A stretch of DNA of 64,000 nucleotides from Octopus vulgaris (taxonomy: Eukaryota): positions 47,058,001-47,122,000 of the forward strand of contig OX597837.1 of the NCBI GenBank assembly GCA_951406725.2. The letters run 5' to 3'. Shown in pieces: positions 1 to 14,156 of the stretch. The translations under genes and the position numbers were made by a program. The notes beneath the pieces were generated by a model. That model was given only the letters and a program-made list of their open reading frames with translations, did not search any database and was not told where the DNA came from. Within the stretch, counting starts at the first letter, position 1. The number at the start of each line of letters is the position of its first letter.

Positions 1-250
1 TTTAGCTGAAACCCGGTGATCCTCGAGAATCAGGACATGCACAGCGTCGGCTTTGTCCTCTGCGGTCGCGGGTTCATCTGAGACCGGGGATCATTTGTGA
101 CTTCGAAATGACCAGTCCGAAACCTTGACACCCAGATTTTCACTGTGGAGTAAGATGGATGGTTATCTTTCAAGACTTCCTTCATTTCCCCATGGGTTTC
201 CGCCGCTCCTTTGCTTTGCAAAAAAAGAGAAACTTCATAACCGCCCGTGC
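1..250 (-). mobile_element. Mariner transposase remnant (N-terminal HTH)
   Basis: HGEMKEVLKDNHPSYSTVKIWVSRFRTGHFEVTNDPRS matches the mariner HTH / D-x-PRSGRP region. Confidence 0.75.
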
Positions 251-611
251 TTCAGTTTTACCAAAACTTACAGCAGGATCTGCCATCATGCGTTCTATCG
301 GCAAAAAGGAGACAGATATATTGTACACCATCATGATTTTTTGTATATCTTCTCTTTCATAGTTGTCCTACCTCCCACGAAAAGGTAACAGATTTAATGA
401 TGGTGAACAAAAAAAGGTGCTTTCCTTCATAGCCACCTTGCTACCAAATAGCAAATTAAAAAGAGAAAGAGAACATACATTTTTAAATACGTACGTACGT
501 ACGTATTTTGCATCCATGCATATATGTATGTATGGAGAATGTAGCTTCGAATAAATAAACTCTAGAACCTGTACTGAGTGCTTTTTTCACATTATTCAAT
601 TCAAACACGGA

Positions 612-1160
612 CATGTATGTATGTATGCATGCATGCATGTATGTATGTATGTATGTATGTATGTATGTATGTATGTATGTATGTATGTATGTATGTATGC
701 ATGTATGTATGTATGTATGTATGTATGTATGTATGTATGTATGTATGTATGCATGCATGCATGTATGTATGTATGTATGTATGTATGTATGTATGTATGT
801 ATGTATGTGTGTATGCATGTATGTACGTATGTGTGTGTGTAAGTATGTATGTATGTATGTATGTATGTATGTACGTATGTATGTATGTGTGTATGTGTGT
901 ATGTATGTGTAAGTATGTATGTGTAAGTATGTATGTGTAAGTATGTATGTATGTACGTATGTGTGTGTGTAAGTATGCATGTATGTATGTATGTATGTAT
1001 GTATGTATGTATGTATGTATGTGTGTATGTATGTGTAAGTATGTATGTGTAAGTATGTATGTGTAAGTATGTATGTACGTACTACGTACGCATATGTCTG
1101 TCTGTTTGTCTGTCTGTCTGTATGTATGTATGTATGTATGGATGGATGGATGGATGGATG
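612..1160. repeat. (TATG)n compound microsatellite with (TCTG)n/(GATG)n
   Basis: Direct inspection. Confidence 0.97.
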
Positions 1161-1379
1161 GAGAGACTAGTTCTAATTTGATCTGTGAACGAAGACCATT
1201 TTTTCCCCCAAAATTCCCGAACGCCATGCCTTTGATGTGACAAGCCTGGGCGAATCATAGGAATGGTTAATTTTATCGATAAACGCAAATGTGTATTGGA
1301 ATCGACTTTCTCCGGTTATTGGAATTATGTGCTTTATGTGGGGGAAGTGAGGGATGTGTAGATTGCTGAAACTGTTTGG

Positions 1380-1380
<1 letters not shown>

Positions 1381-1450
<70 letters not shown>
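1381..1450. repeat. (GTT)n microsatellite
   Basis: Direct inspection. Confidence 0.97.
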
Positions 1451-1451
<1 letters not shown>

Positions 1452-3249
1452 CGTCTGACCCTGTCCCAAATCAACCCCGAACGAATCTGAGCTATGATCA
1501 AAGATATTCTGATGTGATCCTACGATATTTGTATCCTTTCAGACATTGTTCATCTAGAACTACGTTAACTATGTACCTTACCCCCACTTTTTTTTTTTTT
1601 AAGATCCTGAAGACTGATTTCAGGGCCACTTAGCTGCTATCTTTGTCCCGTCAAGCGACCACCGTAGCCTAACATTCAGATAGCTACAGATGCTATCTTC
1701 TTTATTTATATGGAGCAAAGAGGTTGGAAAGAGGTCTTATAAAAAAAAAAATTGCGTCGTGTATGTGTAATTGTGCGTGCGTATGTGTGTGTATGTGTGT
1801 ATGTGTGTGTATGCGTGCGTGCGTGGATGTGTGTGTGTGTACGTGCGTGCGTGCGTGCGTGTGTGTGTGTGTGTGTGAGTGTTTCTCTAGAACACGGTGG
1901 TGACACAAGGTCGACGTGTCTTAGCGTAAACGTAGGTCAAACAAATTATCTGTTGCTTGTCTGTCGTTTGATGTCGATTCAGCAGAGATTAAAATAAAAT
2001 CCGGCTCTTTACGTTCCAAGTTCTAATCCCGCCTTACATTTTTCCACGCTAAGAGTTGCTGAAGCATGGAACAAACTGCCGGCACCAGTTGTTAGTTGTC
2101 AATGCTTAGCGCCACTCCTTCGAGCTCTTTGCGCACTGAATTCAAATTCTGCCGAGGTCGAGTTTGACTTTCTTCTTTTCGCAATCGATATAATAAATAC
2201 CAATCGACTAACCCCTTAAAATTGCTGGCTTTGAACCGAAATATTTGAAGCCATTAACAGAGGGTGCTTTTATGAAATCATTCGACCTGCTAAAACTAGC
2301 AGCAGTATTACCTCGAATGATACTCTAATGAATGACATACCTCACAATGGTGATCATAGCCACACAAAGGGGGATAATGTCCTCTCTTCCTCCTTCCTGC
2401 CATCACCACCTGGTCTTTGAGTACCCTTCAGTGGTACCCTCTGTTGTAAACATTTGTACTAGGTCACCAGTTGGAGGATAATGTCCTCTCTTCCTCCTTC
2501 CTGCCACCAGACATGCAGACTCCCAAAGAAATAAAGCTTCAGGAAGGCTACAGCTACCCATCTCGGCTCTGACTGAATGTTGAAAGACTTCTTAATTCAC
2601 TTTACACATCAGCAATAACAACAGCAATAACAATAGCAATAGCAACCTTCTGTGTATCAGACATTTGTAAGGACATCATAATCCAAGGTGAAACGTGAGA
2701 CATGAGTCACAGAACCATTTTGAAAGGGCAACAAAGACACCAAAAGATATCTTTGAGTGGATGGGGGTTGGGTGGGGGCTATTGTAAAGGTCATGTATTG
2801 TTTGTTTAAAGACGGTTATTTACACTGGCACCTTACATATGTCCACCCAGTATGGCGCAGGGACCAACACACAGACTAGCATTTATGTTATCTAAAGATG
2901 GTATCTGCATTAAAATATAATCAATGGCAAAACAATAAGCTTTGGTATTCACAGAAGATGTCATTGTTGCTGTTGTCATTAATTTAGTTGTTGTTGTTGT
3001 TGTTGCTCACGTCTGCCCTGATCTACCGATCAAAAAGCTCTCCCCTGTCATAACTAATTTCACTTTAGTATATCAAAGAACTTACATTATCAAAACTTTT
3101 CTATTGGTTTCAAGTAACCATAGATACTAGTGGCATTCACTTTTGTCCTTCATGGCTCCGAAGGTGACCAGATTAGTAACTCATGGAGCAGTTTATTACG
3201 TTAATATTTGACATAAATTTCATGGTTACGGTGGAGCCATTTTATAGCC

Positions 3250-3540
3250 AAGTCAAGTTAGAATCCTTTTGGACTGTTGCTTTCCATGCAGCCTCATAAT
3301 TTCTGACTCTCTGATAATTTCTGATTCCGAGTGTCACACTCCAGAATGCCCAGCACTCTGCCACAGCAAGCAACATGTCCCCAAGTACACTTTTTCAAGT
3401 TTGTTTTGTGGGTGCCTTTGTATTTCTTCTTTGGTCCACCCCAAAACTGTGAACCTTCTGCAGGTTTTCCAAAGAAACTTTATTTTGGGAGTCAAGAGTC
3501 AGGCATGTAGACTCCACTTTAGCTGGAATTTACTTAGGAA
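3250..3540 (-). mobile_element. RTE/BovB-like LINE C-terminal remnant
   Basis: Frameshifted QLKWSLHA...FFGKPAEG..WGGPKKKYKGTHKTNLKKC. Confidence 0.65.
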
Positions 3541-3629
3541 AGCATCTATGTTTGATATGTTGGTTTCAAATTTTTGCACAAGGCCAGCAATTTGGGGGTA
3601 ATGGAGTAATTATTGATATCAAATCTTAT

Positions 3630-3844
3630 CCTTTTGTTACCATATTTATGTTGAAATACACGATCTATATTTCAATTAATTCTGAAAATACTGTAGAATT
3701 TAGTAAAATAATTTTGTCATGATTAATCTGGTCTTTGGAACGTAAATTAACACAGAATTTGATGGAAGGTTATATATTACTTTGAAACAGGCGGCTTGTT
3801 TTATTGAATCAAATGCAGTTTTAAACAGGTTGGTATCAAAAGTG
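3630..3844. mobile_element. Degenerate piggyBac-like MITE (different family)
   Basis: CCTTTTGTTACCA...TGGTATCAAAAGTG|TTAA imperfect TIRs. Confidence 0.5.
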
Positions 3845-3864
3845 TTAAGACATGCATGATTGGC

Positions 3865-4102
3865 TGCCAGCCTCCCCTGGCACCTATGCCAGTGACACAT
3901 AAAAAGCACCCACTACACTCTTGGAGTGGTTGGCGTTAGGAAGGGCATCCAGCTGTAGAAACACTGCCAGATCAGACTGGAGCCTGGTGCAGCCTCTTGG
4001 CTTCCCAGACCCTGGTCAAACCATCCAACCCATGCTAGCATGGAGAACGGACGTTAAACGATGATGATGATGATAATAATGATGATGATGATGATAATGA
4101 TG
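3865..4102 (+). mobile_element. RTE 3'-tail repeat ending in (GAT)n
   Basis: AAAAGCACCCACTACACTC..GGAGTGGTTGGCGTTAGGAAGGGCATCCAGCTGTAGAAA...GGACGTTAAACGATGATG; family has more than 15 copies in the window. Confidence 0.85.
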
Positions 4103-4293
4103 AAAGCTTGAAAAAATAATAGTTTTAAGGAAAATATTTATTACATAGAGACACCTGAAATTACCCTCGTATAATTCAGACATACCTCTGAATACGAAGC
4201 GAATTAACTGACATACCTGTAGTTGATGTTATATTAAGCATTCTTCCTTTTGTTATTTATTTATTTGTCTATTGTTCCGTTTTTACTATTTAG

Positions 4294-4380
4294 GTTTCAT
4301 ATTCTGTTTTGAGCTGATGGGTCCTGGATTAGCATTTGGACTTGGAGCAATTGTCTCGAAAATACCTGTAGATTTAATAG
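4294..4380 (+). CDS. SLCO: SLCO exon (GFIFCFELMGPGLAFGLGAIVSKIPVDLI)
   Basis: tag|GT acceptor, G|gtatgt donor, 87 nt phase 1-1, GPxLxFxLG motif preceding the OATP signature exon; not in ORF track. Confidence 0.88.
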
Positions 4381-6282
4381 GTATGTATTACTTATAATCT
4401 TCATCCCCCACTCCATTTCACTTTGTCAGTCTGACCCCTGACCTACTTCACACCTCCCCTTTTGCTTTGTTTCACTCACCCCACTAACACCATCTCAATT
4501 CTAACATCTATTTTCTCACTGCTATCTCTCTTGTGAAGCCGTGTGGCTCAGTGGTTCGGGGATTCACCTCATAATCATAAGGTTGTGAGTTTGATTCCTG
4601 GTAGTGCATCGTGTCCTTGAGCAAGACACTTTATTTGCTGTTACTCCTGTCCACTCAGCTAGCAAAAACGAGTAGTATCTGTAATTGAAAGGGCCAGCCT
4701 AGTCACATTTTGTGTCATACTGAATCTCCCTGAGAACTACATTAAGGTTATGCATCTCTGTGGAGTTCTCAGCCATTTGCAAGTTAATTTCATGAGCAGG
4801 CTGTTCCGTTTATCAGATCAACAGAAACCCTCCTCATCATAACCAACTAAGTGAAGCGCACAGTTCGATACAAGGATTTTTGTATTTTTTTCATAAGCTA
4901 GGGGATGGCTACCGACATTAAGCTTAACGATTATATAATGTACAAGTATAAAGAAAGAATTAAAGGAAAAAGGACTCATTATATTGAATGTTATCGATAA
5001 TATCGATTGGAAATAGGGGGAGCTACAGTTCCGCAGTGCCTATACACGAGCCGCCACAGATCCATGGTGATTAAACGAGTCATAAAGTCCGTCTCTCCCG
5101 CTGCAAACCGGCCCCAAATCGCCTTCGATGTCGGCTCTCTGATGCGTTTCTGTTCTGCGTTGAAGCATTTCAGCATCCATTTTGCCGAGAGTTTTTCATG
5201 TCCAGAACGTTGTGGCTTATGTGGTCAACTCTTTCATGGGAAATCCTCAGAGTCTCAGCAATGACTTTAGCTGAAACCCGGTGATCCTCGAGAATCAGGA
5301 CATGCACAGCGTCAGCTTTGTCCTCCGTGGTCGCGGGTTCATCTGAGACCGGGGTTCATTTGTGAAAATCGCCTTCGATGTTGGCTCTCTGATGCGCTTC
5401 TGTTCTGCGTTGAGGCATTTCAGCACCCGTTTTGCGGAATGGTGCTGAGTTACTTTGTCATCAGATAAGTTTGTGTAGTGTAATATAAGTTTTGTGCAAA
5501 CATAATTTATTTTACCTACTTTGATGGTTGCATATAGCTTGATATGGCATGATTATGGTAAGATCTAATATGGGAAAATGTGATATCCAGCATAGTATTC
5601 CATGTTATTACAGGGTATTGCATGTGGTAAGGTATGGTAAAGTGTGGTATATAGTAAAATATGGAATGAGAATGATAAAATAATGTATGGTAAAGTATAG
5701 TATATGGCACCATTGTAATAGTGTAGTATCATCAGAGCTGGACAGGTTGGCTTGGATAGCATTATGATGGACAGCAATTGGTAAGTGAAAAGGTGTCTGG
5801 CCAAAGAACAGCTGACATAGAACAGTTGAGGGGGAGAAGAGGGAAAAAGATGTTATATAGGGTTAAGGTATAGGGAGTTGATGAAGACTCGTCTGAATGA
5901 TGTCGAATAAAGACTGGTCTAAATGGTGCTGAATAAAGACTGATCTAGATGTTGTTGAATCAACAAAGCCTTATTTCTCAGAAGATGTGTATTAAAAAAT
6001 GATTTTTAATGGGAAGATAAAATATATCCTGTTGAATGACTTGGTGTATAGTATGATGTTGGTAGATTATCATTTATATTCTGGTAATCATAAAATCATA
6101 TAAGACACAGATTTACACACTTATATAATATGGTGTATGACAGCATAACATGGTGATGATGTGTGGCATATGATGTGGTATGGCATGGTAAATGTGGAAT
6201 ACATTGTGGAAGTAGTAATAACTAAAACATGGTGAAAGAATAACACAGAAAAGTTGCACTCAGGCAGAACATAGTTAAGCTT

Positions 6283-6346
<64 letters not shown>

Positions 6347-6803
6347 ATATAGATGTGATTACAATTAATTAACATGTCTTTGATTAATCAATCAATCAAT
6401 TATACAGTCAGTTGGCTTCAGTTTTAACAACAACAATAAACAAATAAACAAAGAAAAAAAAAGAAGAAATGCAAAAGCAAAATGAATAACTAAAATAAAA
6501 TTTTAAAAACACAAGAACAAGAACAACAATATACATTCTCTTTTCATTTAATTTTATATTAACTTTTAATTTTCTTTAATTGAAAAAAAAAAATCATTTT
6601 ACCTTTAGAATCACATTTTTGTCAAAGACTGTAGACTTCAATTAGACATTATGTAGGTTGGTGCCAATATGCTAGCTTAGCGCTATCGAACAAGCAAATA
6701 GCTCTTAGGTACACACATTATGCGTTTGCAATGAACAAAAGCCAAAAAAAAAAATGCTTTTGTTACAATTTTTGTTTGTATTTTTGTTATTTTTTGCTTA
6801 ATG

Positions 6804-6853
<50 letters not shown>

Positions 6854-9800
6854 ATACACAATATACATATATACAATATATTTATATGTGCATATATGTA
6901 TATAAGATATATATATATTAAGTTGTCCCATAAATAATGTGTTTTTTATATTTCTTTTATTTTTCAAAATCAAAATAAACAAAGTTCTTTTTAAATCTAA
7001 AGTACACTCTCTTTTATTTTCTACAACGTTCTTCCATCTATCTGGCAGACTTACTAATCCCCTCTTCCAAAATTCACTTGTCCGTGACGAAAAATGTCTT
7101 CCAGTACTGTTCTGACCTCGTCTACAGAATTCATATTTTTTCTGTCCAAATGATTTTGAAGACTGTAGAATAAATGATAATCAGATGGGGCAATGTCCAG
7201 CGAATAAGGTGGGTGGGGCATTGTTTCCCATTCAAACTGTTCCAGCCTTTGGAATGTCATCCTTGATATATGTGGCCAAGCATTATCCTGATGGAAGAAC
7301 TTTCAAACCAAAGATGGTCGTTTTTCTTCTAGTGCTGACTTAAGCCACTCAAGCTGCTTGTAGTACATCTCCTTTGTTGTCATTTGGTTTGGGTTTAAAA
7401 GTTCAAAGTGGACTAAACTTTTCATATCCCACCCAACAGATAACAATACTTTACGTGGGTGAAGACCTTCTTTAGCCTGGGGTGCTGGTGTTTCTCCTTT
7501 CCCTACCAATTGTATTATTAACCATGGCATCATGCTTGACTGCCATAGCCACCAGAAATCAAAGGTTTACATGCACTGGGACAGTCAATCTAACATCCTT
7601 CCTCATACACTAAATTCTTTATATTTTCTATTTTCATTTTTTACTTTTAACAATAATACCATGACCACAAGTATTAACAGCCCCACCCAATTCAAGTTAT
7701 ATGATTTGTGTTTTTATTCTTGTATTTTCTTCCTAAACATATCCCTTGCAGTAACACAAATACATTCGAACTGCTAGAATCTCTCAATACCACCATTTAT
7801 CCTGAAGTAAAATCGAAATGTAAATCTACAAACTCGTAAGCATATTAAACCACCTGAAGAGGCTCTCTTGCACTGTGAGTTGCATCTGGGGTTATTGCAT
7901 TATTCCTTGTCCACTAGGGAGCAGTGCAACTTGAAGCTGAAACAATTGCTAATAAATGCTTTTTGTTACACTATATATATATATATATATATACTAGCTG
8001 ATGTATCTGGTAATTCCTGGGAAAGCAGAGCTTATCCCTTGGTTCCGTTCTTATAATTGTTTCACTAATCCAATAACAAAAATAGAAAGTAGGTAGCCCT
8101 TAAAATGGTTTTTGTGCATTTACATAGAATACTGAACTGTCTTACTCAGGATCTTGATTTTAGGAATTCCCAATAAGTTATGAATACCCAAATTGTGAAG
8201 TCAGTTATATAATAACATGAAATTAGTTACCTGATAGTAAGAATTCAAATACAGTAACCCCAAAAAGGGCTTTAATGCATTCCCAGAGTATATAAGGAGG
8301 AAATACTAATAAGGTATGTATACTAAAATCGTGAAGCATTTTACATAATAACAGGCTAATCAGATATGATTAGGGCTTTTGTGCGTTCCCAGAGAATATT
8401 ACCCTCAGGGGCACTAGTGTTGGTAAATTCGTGAATAAGTCACTAACCGAAATAAGTGGATCTCTTGTATAGGAAAATACTATTTACTTGATTAACGGTT
8501 GTACTAGATAAATTGCAAAAATAACTCTAACAGTTCAAATACTAAGAAATAAGCATACTCACCAAATAATTTAGGAAAATGAATGGGTTATTTCCCTTGG
8601 TTAAAAAAAAATATATATATATAAGGATCCCTTCCAGGGGCCCTATTATCGATTTTTTTTTTCAACAATCCGAGTATGCCGTGAGGCTTCCAGACATGAT
8701 TTCTACTCACGTGTCGAGTTTCATCAAAATCGATATAACGATGTAGGAAGAGTTAGCTAACAACTCCACAAACACACCCACAGACAGAATTTCCCACATA
8801 TGTAGTATATATATATATATATATATATTCACGCACACACACATACACACACACACACACTCACACTTACATACATAGACATGTTCTGCCCATTCTCAGG
8901 TTCCCCCAAGAGTTTCTTCTTCCCTCTTTCATTCTCTCTCTCACACACACACACACATGTATATAGATATATATATACATGTGCATGCATGCATGTATGT
9001 ATGTTGGTATATGCACATACACACACACACACAAATACATATATTTATAATATACATATATATCTACATGTGTGTGTGTTTGTGTGTGTGTGTGTGTTCA
9101 CAGACACATATGCACACACACCACACACAATTAATTGTTTGCATTCTGCATGTCATTTAGTACATCACACCTACTTGAACCATATGTACATTTGCATTTA
9201 TTTGAGAATATGTATGTGTGTGTGTGCATATATATATGTGTGTGTATATATACGTGTGTATATATATATATACGTGTGTGTGTGTGTGTGTGTGTATGTG
9301 TATATATGTGTGTGTATATAAACATGCATGTGGCTGTGATGTTTACATGCACGTTGGTGCTTATATATTTTTGCATGTGTGTGTGTGTGTGTGTGTGTGG
9401 CATATGAATCTGTGTCATATGTATGTGTGTGTGTAAACTTACAAAATCTCAGTCTCCCCCTCTCTCTTTCTTTCTCTTTCTCTCTCTCCCTTCTTTTCAC
9501 TGTCCTTCTGCCTCTCTTTGTCTCTCTCTCTCTCTCTCTCTCGTCTCTCCACTAACACACACAGGTCAAAAAGGTCAGAGATTTAAAGAAGCCATAGAGT
9601 AGCATATGTCTTACTTAGTCGCAGTGGTTGCAGTTGTGGTGCCACCGGTTGTGCCAGTGGTGTTCCCTTGCTTTGCTCCAGGTCAATTTTGATTGAACAA
9701 ACTCATGATCAAAGGTATTCCAGCCATGACTATCCTACATATAGAATAACATTCCTCAATATTCCTTTGCCTTTTTGGTGACATTAAGATATTATTAGGG

Positions 9801-9870
9801 AAGGTTTGGCTGCTATTTCTAACAGGCTGAGTGACCACATAGTGACTGGTTGTGATGTAGGTGGTGGCTA

Positions 9871-9922
<52 letters not shown>

Positions 9923-10217
9923 TAGTAGTAGTAGTAGTAGTAGTAGTGTAGGTCAGTCATTGTTGTAGCTGTGATTACAGAATTGGTTGTTGTGGTTATA
10001 GTTGTGGTTGTGGTGGTAATGGTGATGGTTGTAGTTGCTGTAGTAGTTGGTGTAGTTAAGGTGTTGTTTGTTATTGTTGTGGTTGTAGGTGATGATGGTG
10101 GGGATGGCACATTTGCTATTTCTCAGTAGTAGTAGTAGTAGTAGTAATATTGGTAATGATGGTGGTGGTGGTGGTAGTTTTGCTGCTGCTATTGTTGATG
10201 ATGACGACGACGGTGGA

Positions 10218-10281
<64 letters not shown>

Positions 10282-13200
10282 GGTGGTGGTGGTGGTGGTG
10301 GTGGTGGTGGTGGTGGTGGTGGTGGTAGTAGTAGTAGTAGTGGTGGTAGTGGTGGTGGTGGTGGTGGTGGTGGTAGTAGTAGTAGAAGTAGTAGTAGTAG
10401 TAGTAGTACCTTGATGTAAGCCCAAACAACTGACATTCTGTCAACATTTTTTTACCTGGTGCAGTTGGATCTCCATTACCTCTGCTCCCCCACACCTTTC
10501 TCTCTCTCTCTCTCTCTCTCACCTTCCCTCTTTCTCCTTATCTCTCTTTCTCCCTCTCCCTTCCTCCCTTCTCTCTTCCTCCCACCCTCCCTACCCTCTA
10601 CATCTCCAGCTCCCTCCCACTCTATATCCTTAGCTCTCTCTCCCTTTCCCTTCCTCTCTCTCTCCCCCTTTCTCCCCCTCACTCTCTTCCCTTCTCTTCT
10701 CTCTCCCTCTCTCTCTTCCTCCCTCTTACACCTCTTTGTCTCATTCCAGTCTCCCCCCCCCTGTACCACACATGCTCCTTAACCATGTCATACTGACACC
10801 ACCACCACACACCACCACCACCACATCACCACCACCACCACACATCACCACCACCACACACCATTGCCACATCATCATCACCAATATACCAATGAACTGT
10901 TGCTACTCCACTAGTTCTCTTAATAGTCCGACCAAAATATAGAAACGGTGCTCAATACTTTCAAACAGAATCTCTCTTTATTTTAGTTAATCGAAGATTC
11001 ATGGTTCAGTGGTTCAGTGGTTGGGATATTTGGCTCACAATTGCAGGGTCGTGAGTTCAATACCCAATGGAATATTGTTTGCTTTATTTCCTCTTGCTCC
11101 AGTCCACTCAGCTGACAAAAGGGTAGTAGTAACCGTATTTCAAAGGGTCAGCATTGTGTTACACTGAGTCTCCCAGAGAAGTGTGTTAAGACTCTGCATG
11201 TCTGTGGTGTACCCAGCCACCTGCGTGTTAATTTCATGAGCAGGTTGTCCTGTTGACTGGATCAGTTAGAATGCTCGTGGTCATAACTGACAGAATGCTA
11301 CTTGGTTAACTGGCGCTAATGCCGATGAATAACTGCATTTTCCTTACATAAAATATCACAGACTGTCAGGCCTCTTAACAGGGGGGGAAAAATGGGTCAG
11401 TCTTTTTTTCAGTCAAGAAATAACAATGGGAATAAGATTAGTTCTGTTAGACCTCATCAGCACAGTACCATTGTGTGTGTGTGTAAATGTTTTTATGTTA
11501 AGTTACATACAAAGCAATTTAACATCAAATGGCCGTCTGGTTCACCAGCCCTCAGTCAAAATCGTCCAACCCATGCTAGCATGGGAAGTGGACGTTAAAA
11601 CGATGATGATGATGAAGAATTACTTGATCCTTTTTGTTCAGTTTATATACGACAGGTTGAATCAGATCCCTATTATTTAAAGTATTTGGGAACATAACAC
11701 ATGCACGACCTATTTCTTTATTACCCACAAAGGGGTTAAACACAGAAGGGACAAAGAAGGACAGACAAATGGATTAAGTCGAATACATCGACCCCAGTGC
11801 ATAACTGTCACTTAATTTATCGACCCCGAAAGGATGAAAGGCAAAGTTGACCTCGGCAGAATTTGAACTCAGAACGTTACGGCAGACAAAATACCTCTAA
11901 GCATTTCGCTCGGCATGCTAATAGTTCTGCCAGCTCGCCGCCTTAACACTTGCACAACCATCAGATGTTCAGTATCAAAATGGAGAGAATTTAAAAGAAA
12001 TTTGAATGGCTTCGAGGTGAAAGTATTTAAGCTTCCAAAGGTCACTTTAGGACATTACTATCTGGTGACATTGGCTTTTTTATGGCATGCTCCACATGGT
12101 GGAGCAGATAGGATCAGTTTGTTGGCATTCTGTAAGATCTGACATTTCGCTGGCAACAGTTCCCACATGGGGAGACATGAGTTTGCATGAAGAGCATGGC
12201 TTCCAGGTAACAGTAGGCTGCAGCAATTATAAACTCTGCAATTGTGCATGGATCAACTAAGCCTATGTATGCATGTATGCATGTATGCATGTATGTACAA
12301 GAGAGCCAGGTGGAATTCTGTTTCAAGCAACCCCATAAAACCCCTCACGAATTTTTTTTTATTTCTTGAAATGTTCATAAAATTCTTGTGGACTTGTATT
12401 CTACACATGGGAATTCATGCAACAATGAAAAAACGAAAAACATTTGTTTATGTGATTTAAGGGCTACTTAGCTGTTATTTTTAGCTTATCTCATGATCAC
12501 CCAATACCCTCCTCATATTGATGTTTTTCAATATCTTTCTCCCCATAAACACTTTTAATAGTTTATTGTTGAGATTAAAGCCAAAAATTCAGACTGTCCA
12601 TATTTTAAACTGTGATTTTTAAAAAAATCGAAAAATTATTAAAAAATTAATGTTTTTAAAATTTCAAAAAATTTCAAAAAATTTTTAATGCCTTCAGAGA
12701 AGGGGATTTGCTAGGCTGGTGGAGTTTACATATGTTTGGTAAAATTTTTTTTTTCCCCAAAATCAAAAACACAGTAAACATTAGTCACTGTGCCCAACCA
12801 CCCCTTACTGGAAACTGGAAAAGCAAACTTTTGGAACAGCTGTCTTACATATGTTGAAATTTCCTTGCTTTTGTCAGGATTTTCACTTTGCAAAAAAATG
12901 AAGGGGAGCTCTTTTAAAACAAAATCTTTAAAAATCCATGTCTTTTAAATGTTTGTCACCCCCACCTCCCTCCCCAACATACACTCACACCATGCCTTTG
13001 GAAGAGCAACAACCACTAAAATGATTGATTTTTCTTCTACATAATTTTCTGTTATTTTATCGTATTCTACATTCTGAAACATTAGTAACTTAAATTAGAG
13101 AAAAAATCTTACTCCCTCTTCTCCTTTCATTGTACTTTTCATAATGAAGGACAAGTCAAACACTGCAAGTAGATGTCATCATCTTCATCATTATCATCAT

Positions 13201-14124
13201 CATCATCATCATCGTTTAACGTCTGCTTTCCATGCTAGCATGCGTTGGACGATTTTGACTGAGGGCAGGCGAACCAGATGGCCGCACCAGGCTCCAGTCT
13301 GATCTGGCAGAGTTTCTACAGCTGGATGCCCTTCCTAACGCCAACCACTCCGAGAGTGTAGTCGGTGCTTTTATGTGCCACCGGCATGGGGACCAGTCAG
13401 GCGGTACTGGCAACGACCTCGCTCGAATCTTTTTACACATGCCAATGGCACAGGTGCCAGTAAGGCGATGCTGGTAACGATCCCGCTCGAATGGTGTGTG
13501 AGATGTGGGAGAAAAAAATTTGAATTTTGAAAAGTGTATCAATAAAGCAACATTTTCAGTCATTTATCTTAACTTTCTCTGCTAACTCATCAAATTTCAT
13601 GAAATAGATGGGTTTTGAGATTTAAATTTAGTAATTTTCCAGGATTTTAATTCTTGTGTATGAGGGACCCATCAAACATGAAGTGCTCTGGGTCCCCCAT
13701 GATTTATATCCGGTCCTGCTTGTCATCCCTTTGAATACACACATGCACACATTATTGAAGCGAAGTTTCAAAATCCCTTTTTTTTTTCACCAATAATGGT
13801 CATCACTTATAAAAAAAAGTGAAACTCTCAAAAGACTACCTTCATATCAATATTCTTAATTTTTTTCTTTTACCTTTCTACCTTTTTTTTTGTTTTTCAG
13901 ATCATGGGACCGATTCTAATGATCCTCGATGGATTGGAGCCTGGTGGATTGGATTCTTGGTGATTGGTTTCAGTGGTGTGCTTAGCTTACCTTTGGCATT
14001 CTTTCCAAAGTCTCTGAAGAACCCGGACGTTATGCTAAGGCAGGCAATTGAACCGAAGAAATATCGGGAGTCTGCATCTGAATTGACCCTTAAGGCTAAA
14101 CTAAAAGGTATTGCTTCATGTGTA

Positions 14125-14156
<32 letters not shown>

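Noticed and set aside
483-1469. Long ORFs such as MHTYTHTY..., MYVCMYVC..., poly-T/poly-L
   Set aside because: Translations of (TATG)n and (GTT)n microsatellites; no splice or domain support.
2372-2506. Two 31-bp direct repeats (GGATAATGTCCTCTCTTCCTCCTTCCTGCCA) around a 73-bp spacer
   Set aside because: Only two copies, non-palindromic, eukaryotic context; a simple local duplication rather than CRISPR.
9922-10942. Poly-H/P/G/S/T ORFs that look like low-complexity proteins
   Set aside because: (TAG)n/(GGT)n/(CT)n arrays in an SLCO intron.
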